64,000 bases of DNA, from positions 36,383 through 100,382 of the forward strand of contig JAZDJN010000027.1 of assembly GCA_043803945.1 (NCBI GenBank). The letters run 5' to 3'. A program made the translations under genes and the position numbers. Shown piece by piece: positions 29,751 through 38,974 of this stretch (position 1 is its first letter; every line of letters begins with the position of its first letter). The notes beneath the pieces were generated by a model that saw only the letters and a program-made list of their open reading frames with translations, ran no database searches and was not told where the DNA came from. Source of the DNA: a bacterium (lineage in GTDB: Bacteria > Bacteroidota > Ignavibacteria > UBA10030).

Positions 29751-29859
29751 TCCCCCTTTCGTAAAGGGGGTCCGGGGGATTTGGTTTTTGCTGCGTTAAT
29801 CTGAGAAGTATTTACAGCTTCCAAAGAAATCCCCCAAATCCCCCTTTGGCAAAGGGGGA
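29751..29859. repeat. inverted pair of REP-like CCCCCTTT-AAAGGGGG elements
   Basis: TCCCCCTTTCGTAAAGGGGGTCCGGGGGATTT (29751-29782) and a near reverse complement, AAATCCCCCAAATCCCCCTTTGGCAAAGGGGGA (29827-29859). Confidence 0.85.
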
Positions 29860-30021
29860 GATAGAAATGAAGGCACTCATTGGGCTGTCGGACATGCTGA
29901 GTAAATACAAATATTTTTATAATAGGATTTGAGGACCATTCAGTCAATGATTGAAGAGGAGTAAACTTGTTCGTGCTAGAACATCAGGCTTGATATGCAA
30001 CGCTATCTCGATATTGCTAGG

Positions 30022-31842
30022 TCAATCCGGATCGTACCCGATTTCCAATCTTGAGAGTTGAATCCCATCCATCAAATGAATTTTTATGAAGCGATGATCC
30101 GGTGGAATATTTACAATTGAATACCGCATCGGGATAAAGGCTTTGTATTCATTTTTGAATGGCTCGAATATCTCGTATTTCACCGACAGCGAGGAAGGTG
30201 TTTCGGGCGAAGCGCCGGAAAAAAATGTTATGCTGCTGTCCCGATTCGTTGTGGTGATGAAGACGTCGAGTTGAAGTACGGTTGCCTCTTCCGACAGGCG
30301 ATAGAGAATGTAGTCGCTTCGTTTTCCTTCCAGGCGGTATTGATCTTCCTTGGCCTTGGCCGCATCCTTATTACGGATGAAGCTTACTCCAGAGGATTTT
30401 TCCACCATCAATTTATCATTCTCGAATTCATCGATAAGAATCCGATATGGTGCTTCGATGGGTCCTGCAACGGCTGAGGCCTCCGATATCCCGGAAGTAT
30501 TCTTTGCTCGAATACGGTACGAGTAACTGACACCAGGTTCTGCCGTGGTATCCGAAAAAAGAGGACGATATCTGACGTTTGCATCGCTGGCGTTGCTGTC
30601 GATAACGCTCCAGCGTGAAAAGAAGAGGAGGAACCGATCCTTCCGTTCAACAAGGTATGATGAGGCGCCTGTCGATCCTTGCCAGGAAATTTTATAGGGA
30701 GTCGTTATGGGCAGTATCGTTGGTGCCGCGGGTATCGGGAGAGGCGCAACTGGAAGTCCATTAATAGCATAAGCCTTTTCTGTGAAGAGTTGAATGATCT
30801 TTTGCTCCTCCCATCGCTGTCCAGATTCAAAGCCGGGCCATCGGTAGGCATCTGTGTGGTAGTAATAGCCTCCATCACGATTATGCCCGCGCATACTCCA
30901 CACCATGATTCCGGAAATACCTGATGAAATAACAGCATCGAGCACCAGGCGCATGCTATCCGCGGGCATGAAGCCAAACTCCCCGACAAAGTACGGTTTC
31001 TTCCCCTTTGCTTTTTCCCGCGCTGTGAGCATTAAAGTTATGGTTTGATACGCAGGCCGATAATGATGTGTCGAGAGAATATCGATGTTGGGATCGGCAA
31101 GAGCTTCGTCCAAGATAGACTGGCTATGAGTTCCTTCGATGACCAGATGGTTGGTATCGAGACTTTTGATATAAGCAGCAATTTCTCTTGTCCAAGCGAA
31201 GGTCGGTACATCAAGTTCGTTGCCGGTTTCCCATCCGAGAAGAGCTTTATCGTCTTTGAAGGGGAGACCGGTATAGGTGTTGACACGATTGACCATGAAG
31301 GCAATCGTCTTCTTGAAATCGGCAATCACAACGGAGTCCGTCCAAAATGCTTCACGCGGTTTACCGCGTAAACGCCCATAGTCGGTAACACCGCCCCACC
31401 ACCACCAGTTATCGATCAGAGGGATAATAACACGTACGCCTACCTCATTGGCAATCTGGAGAATTTTGTCGTACGCTTTGAACGCTTCTTCGTTAAACTG
31501 CCCCGGCCCTTCTACGTGCCTGATGATGCGTGGATCATCGTTCGCTTTTCGGATCGAAGGAGTATAGAGGCGAGTGACCATTCCGCCCGACTGCTTGATG
31601 GCGTTTAGTGCATCACGAATCTCGAATTCGTTCGCCACCCGCCATGGATTCGGATCGTCAAATGCCTGATGGTCTTCAATGTAGTGCAGGTTCGGAATAT
31701 TGTATGAAATGAACCGGAGCTCCCAATCTCCATCCATTAACTTGTCGCCTGCTGCCGTGATGAAGTGACTGAATTGTCCATTCACAGATTGAATGAGCGT
31801 GAAAACGCAGCAGAGTAGAAAGGTGACGAGATTACGGTTCAT
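30022..31842 (-). CDS. GH5 endo-beta-mannanase with FN3-like domain
   Basis: Signal MNRNLVTFLLCCVFTL; RFISYNIPNLH, DNWWWWGG, WETGNEL, VGEFG, ISWQGSTGA..Y.YRIRAKN. Confidence 0.85.
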   Translation of the reverse strand: MNRNLVTFLLCCVFTLIQSVNGQFSHFITAAGDKLMDGDWELRFISYNIPNLHYIEDHQAFDDPNPWRVANEFEIRDALNAIKQSGGMVTRLYTPSIRKANDDPRIIRHVEGPGQFNEEAFKAYDKILQIANEVGVRVIIPLIDNWWWWGGVTDYGRLRGKPREAFWTDSVVIADFKKTIAFMVNRVNTYTGLPFKDDKALLGWETGNELDVPTFAWTREIAAYIKSLDTNHLVIEGTHSQSILDEALADPNIDILSTHHYRPAYQTITLMLTAREKAKGKKPYFVGEFGFMPADSMRLVLDAVISSGISGIMVWSMRGHNRDGGYYYHTDAYRWPGFESGQRWEEQKIIQLFTEKAYAINGLPVAPLPIPAAPTILPITTPYKISWQGSTGASSYLVERKDRFLLFFSRWSVIDSNASDANVRYRPLFSDTTAEPGVSYSYRIRAKNTSGISEASAVAGPIEAPYRILIDEFENDKLMVEKSSGVSFIRNKDAAKAKEDQYRLEGKRSDYILYRLSEEATVLQLDVFITTTNRDSSITFFSGASPETPSSLSVKYEIFEPFKNEYKAFIPMRYSIVNIPPDHRFIKIHLMDGIQLSRLEIGYDPD

Positions 31843-32116
31843 TGAGATGGCTCTCGATAAGTGATTACGAGTAAGTGCTCTGCGCACATGGAGCGCAGAC
31901 CATATCTTGAGTAATGTACTGTACAAGAAAGAAACAAAGTAGCAGAATTCTCTTCTCAAGGTTGTTTCGGAATGAAGCTTACTCTGGAAATTATAATCAG
32001 AAAGGTAACGTTCTTGTAGTGTGGTTAATAAAAATCGCCCAATCTCCCTCTCTCCTTGTATTCACTCCCCCAATTACTTTCCTCTCAATCTCCTACACTC
32101 ATACCCTCTCACACTC

Positions 32117-33304
32117 TTATTGTCGTTTTAAGATTGTAAGGTTTCTCTTAATAAGCTGTACTCTCTGCTGCACGCTCATTCCTGTGCGTAATCCATCCTC
32201 GGGTGTATGAAGCACATAGTCGAGCAGTTTCTCTATGCTTGAGACAGCGGCATGCATTCTTGTATCAGAAGAACCGTAATAGATAAGTACTTCCCCGTTT
32301 GAGCGCATGACCCAGCCACTGCTGAAGACCACGTTGGAAACATCGCCAATTCTCTCCATTCCTTCGGGAGCCAGGAAGTATCCGGCCGGCCGGGTCATCA
32401 CTTTCGAAGGATCTTTCAGATTGGTGAGAAAGAGGTAGAGAACATAGCGTAATCCGGCGGCGGTGTTGCGTACTCCATGCGCGAGCTGTAGCCAGCCTTT
32501 CTCGGTTTTCAAGGGGGCCGGTCCAAGGCCGTTCTTGGCCTCTTTGATCGTATGGTATTCTCGGTCGTCGATAATGATCTCACTCTCGATGACAGCATTG
32601 TCGATACTGTCGCACATGCCCCAGCCGATCCCGCCGCCCGATCCGGCTTCGATGAATCCATCCTGCGGCCGGGTGTAGAAAGCATATTTTCCTCGAATGA
32701 ATTCAGGATGGAGAACGACGTTGCGTTGCTGTGGAGACTTGGTCACCAAATCCGGTAAGCGCTCCCAGCTCATAAAGTCCTTCGTTCTCACAATTCCACA
32801 TTGGGCAATCGCAGAAGAGGTGTCAGTTCTTGATACGTTCGGATCTTTTCGTTCCGTGCAGAAGAGCCCGTAAATCCAGCCGTCTTCATGCTTGACAAGA
32901 CGCATATCGTATACGTTGATATCCGGATCCGGGGTTTCCGGGAGTACTATCGGAAAATCCCAGAATCGGAACTGATCAACACCGCTGCGCGATTCTGCGA
33001 TGGCGAAGAACGACTTGCGGTCCACGCCTTCCACACGGACCATAAGAAGGATTTTGCCATGATACTCGATGGCGCCTGCGTTGAAGGTGGCATTCACACC
33101 GAGACGCTCCAGCAGGTGCGGATTTGTTTTGTAGTTCAGATCGTATCGCCAGAAGATAGGCGTATGGTCTGCTGTCAGTACAGGATTGGTATACCGTTGA
33201 TAAATGCCGTTTCCCGAACTTGACTTTTTATTTTTCTTTGCAAGAAAAAGCTTCTGCGCAGCAAGAAGCCGTTTGACGTTACGATTGAATTCAGCTTGTG
33301 TCAT
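32117..33304 (-). CDS. mgp: 4-O-beta-D-mannosyl-D-glucose phosphorylase (GH130_1)
   Basis: [79 protein letters not shown]. Confidence 0.92.
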   Translation of the reverse strand: MTQAEFNRNVKRLLAAQKLFLAKKNKKSSSGNGIYQRYTNPVLTADHTPIFWRYDLNYKTNPHLLERLGVNATFNAGAIEYHGKILLMVRVEGVDRKSFFAIAESRSGVDQFRFWDFPIVLPETPDPDINVYDMRLVKHEDGWIYGLFCTERKDPNVSRTDTSSAIAQCGIVRTKDFMSWERLPDLVTKSPQQRNVVLHPEFIRGKYAFYTRPQDGFIEAGSGGGIGWGMCDSIDNAVIESEIIIDDREYHTIKEAKNGLGPAPLKTEKGWLQLAHGVRNTAAGLRYVLYLFLTNLKDPSKVMTRPAGYFLAPEGMERIGDVSNVVFSSGWVMRSNGEVLIYYGSSDTRMHAAVSSIEKLLDYVLHTPEDGLRTGMSVQQRVQLIKRNLTILKRQ

Positions 33305-33353
33305 AACTCTTGTTCCTCTTCCATCGAAAACCGGTACTAGGCCGTTTTGTTTC

Positions 33354-35234
33354 TCACCGTGATGGCCGCACATCGACCGAATTCACAGGGTCCGGTCCGA
33401 TTTTTATTCGATTGTCAAAATCCGGAGGCAATGTTTCTTTGCTCAACTCATCGAGTTTATTCCACCAGGTGAATTTTAAAATGATCGAAGTAATGATTAT
33501 ACTCACCGTCACGTTGAACAGCATATGATATTCTTTGGTGACCAGTGATATTGGGAAGAGCACCAATGATACCTGCCAGGTGACACCCACGATGATGTTG
33601 AAAAGATCTCGTTTAAAATTTCGATTGGGTTCGAATGCCGGGTAATACTTATTGACTTTATGCAAGATCGGTTTCCAAAATCCCCAGGGGCGGACCTGCA
33701 TATAGAATCGCATAAGCACTTCATCCGCCTCTGGTTTGGTCAATAAGCTTCCCACGATACAGCCGATCAATGACAGAACGAAGACATAGGGGAACGCCAT
33801 GATGGGAGCGATGGAAGGGAATGCGACCGGGATGATCATCGATGCAGCGATGCCGGTGATCATGCCCCAGAAATATCCGTGACCGTTTAACCGCCACCAG
33901 TACCATTTGAGCACATTCGATGCAGTATATCCACCATACAGGGCGCTCACGATCCATAAGGTAACCTGATTAATCGAGTCGACCATAAAACCGAACACAA
34001 AACCGATCAGGACGAAAGCAATGGTTGTAATAATGCTCAACTGTACGTATTTTTTTTCTTCTGCATGAGGATTAATGAAGCGTTTGTAAATATCGTTAAC
34101 CACATAGGCAGGTGCGGCATTAATCGTCGCGGCATAGTTGGACATAAACGCTGCAATCAATCCGGAGAGGAGAAGCCCAACCAATCCAACAGGAATGATA
34201 TTCTTGATGATATTGGGGAGAATCATCTCGAAGTCAATGTTCGGTCCCATGTCGCGTAAGTGAGGTGAGAAGTAGACAAGCGCGAGCACGGTAATGCCGG
34301 AAATCATCATGTAGCGTGGAAGGATGAGTACAATATTAACGAACCAATTCATCTTTGCCGCTTCTTTCGGTGAACGTGTGGCAAGGACTCGCTGCATATC
34401 GTAGTTGGGAGCCGGGCCTGCCGCACTTTTCAGAATTCCCTGAAACAAGACCATCATAAAGAAAAATCCAAAAATGCCATAACCATCCTGTTGGATCTTG
34501 GTATTCACTGCGTCGATCAATCCCGTCCAATCCAGGTTCAAATGCCATCCAAAAAATGGTGTAAGCCATCCTTCGGGGATCACCTGCCGAAGCTGCTCGG
34601 GCGAGATCGAGACGAACGCGAGAAATCCGATTGAAAGAGAAGCGATCGTCAAGACGATGAATTGGAGAAATTCTGTAATCACAACACTGAACATTCCTCC
34701 CTTTGCTGCATAAATGGCTGTCAAGGACATCAGGATGATGGCGTACATATCCGGTGAGATGTCCCATGGAAAAAATATTGCAGCGAATTTCCCTATTCCC
34801 TTAAATGCGTAGGCGATAAATCCGATGACGCTCACCAATGCGAATATGACGACGCTGATATGCGATAAATTTGCGCCTGTACTGTTCCCAAAGCGTGTTT
34901 GGATCCATTGTGCGCCAGTCATGACATTGGATTTTCGCAGCCAGATAGACAGAAATACCATGAGGAAAATTTGATTGAAGGTAGGCCAAATCCAGGGAAG
35001 CCACACGCTTTTAAAGCCATAGACAAACAGAACATACACTAACCACATCGTGCCAGTGATATCGAACATCCCCGATGCATCCGAAACGCCAAGCATCCAC
35101 CATGGCAGCGTGTTATTGCCAAGGAAATATGAATTGATGTTTTTTACAGCTCGTTTCGAGACCAGGATGCCCAGGGTGATCGCTACGACAAAATAGGTAA
35201 TGATGATAATCAGATCGATTGGGTGAATTATCAT
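33354..35234 (-). CDS. sodium:solute symporter (SSS family)
   Basis: [51 protein letters not shown]; about 13-14 TMs. Confidence 0.93.
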   Translation of the reverse strand: MIIHPIDLIIIITYFVVAITLGILVSKRAVKNINSYFLGNNTLPWWMLGVSDASGMFDITGTMWLVYVLFVYGFKSVWLPWIWPTFNQIFLMVFLSIWLRKSNVMTGAQWIQTRFGNSTGANLSHISVVIFALVSVIGFIAYAFKGIGKFAAIFFPWDISPDMYAIILMSLTAIYAAKGGMFSVVITEFLQFIVLTIASLSIGFLAFVSISPEQLRQVIPEGWLTPFFGWHLNLDWTGLIDAVNTKIQQDGYGIFGFFFMMVLFQGILKSAAGPAPNYDMQRVLATRSPKEAAKMNWFVNIVLILPRYMMISGITVLALVYFSPHLRDMGPNIDFEMILPNIIKNIIPVGLVGLLLSGLIAAFMSNYAATINAAPAYVVNDIYKRFINPHAEEKKYVQLSIITTIAFVLIGFVFGFMVDSINQVTLWIVSALYGGYTASNVLKWYWWRLNGHGYFWGMITGIAASMIIPVAFPSIAPIMAFPYVFVLSLIGCIVGSLLTKPEADEVLMRFYMQVRPWGFWKPILHKVNKYYPAFEPNRNFKRDLFNIIVGVTWQVSLVLFPISLVTKEYHMLFNVTVSIIITSIILKFTWWNKLDELSKETLPPDFDNRIKIGPDPVNSVDVRPSR

Positions 35235-35278
35235 AGATGAGTTCTTTCCATCAATGGAATAGTATTTCCCCGGTTTCA

Positions 35279-35294
35279 GGCATAAAGGATGCCA
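35279..35294 (-). promoter_or_regulatory. candidate sigma54 (-24/-12) promoter for the SSS-mgp-GH5 operon
   Basis: Reverse complement TGGCATCCTTTATGCC: GG-N10-GC spacing, about 45 bp upstream of ATG 35234. Confidence 0.6.
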
Positions 35295-35449
35295 AACCTA
35301 CAAAGGCATATTATGCTGTCATTCCCCAATAATACTATGCCTGATTTATCAGCATAATAATCTTTTATGGAATTGATAAAAAATCGGGTTATGATAGCGA
35401 GTTACCGGGAAAAAGTGAGTGCAAAATGTGAAATTCTGCACCCATTTAA

Positions 35450-35465
35450 TGGCAAAGACTTTGCT
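35450..35465 (+). promoter_or_regulatory. candidate sigma54 (-24/-12) promoter for the esterase-GH27-GH94 operon
   Basis: TGGCAAAGACTTTGCT, near consensus TGGCAC-N5-TTGCW; 53 bp upstream of ATG 35519. Confidence 0.72.
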
Positions 35466-35518
35466 CATTCTCTAATGCCTAAACTCTCAAATGTAACTCA
35501 TTCAGGTGTGGAGGGTAT

Positions 35519-37570
35519 ATGTTCCTGTCGAGCGCCAGGATTTCAAGATCGTCCATAATTATTATTCTTAGTATTGCAGCAATAGCCTTTCTGCCACCCC
35601 TCGCGTTTTCTCAGACTGCTACTTTTCATCTCGCTCCACTTTTCACCGATAACATGGTTCTGCAACAACAGAGGAGTGTTCCCGTTTGGGGAAAGGGAAT
35701 TCCCGACTCAAAAATTGTTGTCCGTGCCTCCTGGGGAAAAACGGTATCGACTGTTGTGAAGGACGATAGTTCGTGGATGATGAAGTTACCAACGCCAAAA
35801 GCCGGAGGGCCATTTAAGATTGCTTTTCAGCATGCAGACTTTGTGTTCGTCTTAGACAATGTTCTCATTGGAGAAGTATGGCTCTGTTCCGGACAATCAA
35901 ATATGGAGATGCCGTTGGAAGGTTGGCCGCCGACTGATACCATCGCTCGCTCATCGTACGAGATACAGAATGCGCAGTTTCCAAAAATTCGACTCTTTCA
36001 TCTGCAGCGCAACTATGCTGCGGAGGAAGCCGACCGTTGTTCAGGTCATTGGGAAGAATGTTCCCCGACGAGTGTGCGGACATTTAGTGCAACGGCATAC
36101 TTTTTTGGAAAGAGGCTTCATCAAACTCTGAAGATTCCTGTTGGATTGATTGAGGCCGCATGGGGCGGGACTCCTGTGGAGTCCTGGATGAGTAAAGAAA
36201 AATTGAGCGAGTTTGGAGAGTTTCTCCCATCGCTCCAATCCATTGAAAAATGCAAGGATAGCCTGCAAAAATTGGAACGGTGGTTGTCTCAATTACCCCA
36301 GGTGGAGGTCGGCACACGCGAGCCCGGACTGCGATGGCAGGGATTGCACTTCGATGATGAAGATTGTTCACTTCGAGAATTTCCTGACAGCAACTGGAAC
36401 GAAATGGAGTTACCCATCACGTGGGAGAGAACATCGCTCGGCAACTTTGACGGGACAGTGTGGTTTAGAAAAAGCATTGCTCTTCCTTCAGCATGGAACG
36501 GGCGCTCATTGACACTTCATCTTGGACCAATCGACGATCTGGATGAAACGTATGTGAATGGTGTGAAGGTAGGCGAAACGATGCACGATGGATTCTGGAA
36601 AGTTGAACGGGTGTACACGATTCCCGATTCAATCAATCGCGATTGCATGCTACAGGTTGCCGTTCGCGTGATCGATAATCAAGGCGGCGGTGGTATCTGG
36701 GGTGATGGAAAAAAACTGTTCATAGCGAACGATTCCGGCGAGCAAATTTCCCTCGAGGGAGAGTGGAAGTATCTTCCTGTCGCCGAGTATCGTGCAGGAA
36801 AATTTTATGTCATGGGCGGGAAAGGAAATAACTACCTGCAGCGGCCGAAACTACCAGTAGACTTCTCTGCAAACTCTCCCACATCACTGTATAACGGAAT
36901 GATTCATCCTGTTATCCCTTACAGTATCAAAGGCGTCATCTGGTACCAGGGTGAATCGAATACAGGGGATCCGGCACTCTACTCTCGATTATTCCCTGCG
37001 ATGATCGCTGATTGGCGTAAAGCATTTGGTGTTGGAAATTTTCCGTTCTACTTCGTTCAGATTGCACCCTTTGATTATGGTGATCAGACAGCATCGCAGT
37101 ACCTCCGTGAAGCGCAACTCCAAACCCTCCGGATCGCCAACACCGGCATGGCCGTGACACTCGATATTGGCAATCCCACAAATATTCATCCTGCCAATAA
37201 AATGGATGTTGGAAGGCGGTTGGCTTCTTGGGCGCTTGGGAAACTGTATGGCAAGAATCTCCAATACTCGGGCCCGATCTATAATGCCATGAAAGTTGTC
37301 AAAGAAAAGATCATCATCTTCTTTACGCATGCTGGTGGCGGACTGGTGTTGAAAGAATTGAATGGAGAACATCATATCGTCATCGCTGGTGAAGATCGAA
37401 TGTTCAGGAAAGCAAAAATAAAACTCGATGGCAAGAGTCTGATCGCTTATCATCCTGAGATCAAGATGCCTGTTGCTGTCCGGTATGCATGGAGTAATAC
37501 GGCTGAAGGCACACTCTTCAATAAGGAAGGATTGCCTGCTTCATCATTCCGAACCGATAATTGGAAATAG
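35519..37570 (+). CDS. sialate O-acetylesterase-family (SASA) carbohydrate esterase with inserted beta-sandwich
   Basis: DNMVLQQ, GEVWLCSGQSNME, WGGTPVESW, LYNGMIHP, IWYQGESN, IHPANK, VRYAW, PASSFRTD. Confidence 0.9.
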   Translation: MFLSSARISRSSIIIILSIAAIAFLPPLAFSQTATFHLAPLFTDNMVLQQQRSVPVWGKGIPDSKIVVRASWGKTVSTVVKDDSSWMMKLPTPKAGGPFKIAFQHADFVFVLDNVLIGEVWLCSGQSNMEMPLEGWPPTDTIARSSYEIQNAQFPKIRLFHLQRNYAAEEADRCSGHWEECSPTSVRTFSATAYFFGKRLHQTLKIPVGLIEAAWGGTPVESWMSKEKLSEFGEFLPSLQSIEKCKDSLQKLERWLSQLPQVEVGTREPGLRWQGLHFDDEDCSLREFPDSNWNEMELPITWERTSLGNFDGTVWFRKSIALPSAWNGRSLTLHLGPIDDLDETYVNGVKVGETMHDGFWKVERVYTIPDSINRDCMLQVAVRVIDNQGGGGIWGDGKKLFIANDSGEQISLEGEWKYLPVAEYRAGKFYVMGGKGNNYLQRPKLPVDFSANSPTSLYNGMIHPVIPYSIKGVIWYQGESNTGDPALYSRLFPAMIADWRKAFGVGNFPFYFVQIAPFDYGDQTASQYLREAQLQTLRIANTGMAVTLDIGNPTNIHPANKMDVGRRLASWALGKLYGKNLQYSGPIYNAMKVVKEKIIIFFTHAGGGLVLKELNGEHHIVIAGEDRMFRKAKIKLDGKSLIAYHPEIKMPVAVRYAWSNTAEGTLFNKEGLPASSFRTDNWK

Positions 37571-37678
37571 GATTCGGTTCAGAATCTCACTGTTCCACAC
37601 GAGGGCAACGTGATCGAACATGGAACAGATGCTCACTGATAAACAGTAGTGACAGTGAACGATATCGAAAGGACTACA

Positions 37679-38890
37679 ATGAAAAGAAGAATTGATTCCA
37701 TACTCGCACTCTTGGTTCTGGTTTCCATCCAGGTATTCGCGCAGAAATTTCAGGGATTGGCATTAACCCCACCGATGGGTTGGAATAGCTGGAATCGATT
37801 TGGGTGCAATGTCGATGAACGACTAATTCGTGAAACTGCAGATGCAATGGTTTCCAGCGGTATGAGAGAATCAGGATATCAGTATATCATTATCGATGAC
37901 TGTTGGCAGCTCTACAGGGATAGTCTCGGTACTATTCAGCCCGATCCTCTTCGCTTTCCTTCCGGGATGAAGGCGCTGGCGGAGTATATCCATGCAAAAG
38001 GTCTGAAATTTGGCATTTATTCATGTGCAGGTGACAGAACCTGCGGCGGCCGGCCAGGTAGCCGCGGTTACGAATATCAGGATGCCCGGACGTACGCTCA
38101 ATGGGGTGTCGATTACCTCAAATACGATTGGTGTAATACATCAGGATTGAATACGGTTGGTGCTTATACCACGATGCGCGATGCACTGTATGCTGCAGGG
38201 AGGCCGGTGGTGTTCAGCATCTGTGAATGGGGTGACACCAAGCCATGGGAGTGGGGAAAAGATGTGGGCCATCTCTGGCGGACAAGCGGTGATATAACAA
38301 ATTTCTTCGAGGGTGAGGTGAACCATGGCACATGGTCGTCGTGGGGAATTATGAACATCATCGAAATGCGAAAAGGGATTCGCAGTGCTGCGGGCCCCGG
38401 GCACTGGAACGATCCGGACATGCTTGAGGTGGGGAACGGAATGGCGATCGCAGAAGACCGTGCACATTTCAGTCTCTGGTGCATGCTTGCAGCGCCGCTT
38501 ATTACTGGTAACAATTTGAGAACGATGACCAAAGAGACGAGTGAGATTCTCACGAATCATGAGGTGATCTCCATCGATCAGGATTCCCTCGGAGTGCAGG
38601 GATTCCGATACATCGGTAAAGAGGGTCTTGAGATATGGGCGAAACCTCTTATGAAAGGTGATTGGGCAGTGTGCTTTCTCAATCGTTCGCAACAGAAACA
38701 GAAAATCGAGTTTCGCTGGAACGAACACACGATCAATGACGATTTCTCTAAGACCAGTTTTAATGCAAGTATGTCCACATACTTTGTGCGCGACCTATGG
38801 ATGAAGAAAGATCTTGGTACTACAAAAACTGATTTGAAAACCGAACTTCCATCCCATGAGGTCCTCATGCTTCGTTTGTCGAAAGAATGA
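37679..38890 (+). CDS. GH27 alpha-galactosidase
   Basis: LALTPPMGWNSWN, IDDCW, WGVDYLKYDWC, WRTSGDI, HWNDPDMLEVGN; signal peptide. Confidence 0.95.
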   Translation: MKRRIDSILALLVLVSIQVFAQKFQGLALTPPMGWNSWNRFGCNVDERLIRETADAMVSSGMRESGYQYIIIDDCWQLYRDSLGTIQPDPLRFPSGMKALAEYIHAKGLKFGIYSCAGDRTCGGRPGSRGYEYQDARTYAQWGVDYLKYDWCNTSGLNTVGAYTTMRDALYAAGRPVVFSICEWGDTKPWEWGKDVGHLWRTSGDITNFFEGEVNHGTWSSWGIMNIIEMRKGIRSAAGPGHWNDPDMLEVGNGMAIAEDRAHFSLWCMLAAPLITGNNLRTMTKETSEILTNHEVISIDQDSLGVQGFRYIGKEGLEIWAKPLMKGDWAVCFLNRSQQKQKIEFRWNEHTINDDFSKTSFNASMSTYFVRDLWMKKDLGTTKTDLKTELPSHEVLMLRLSKE

Positions 38891-38974
38891 TCAGTTGGTT
38901 CAAACGAAGTAATCAGAGTACGTTCGGGTGTCAACCTTGAGATGAACGATCTGAAATACCGATGGAGGAGTTAG

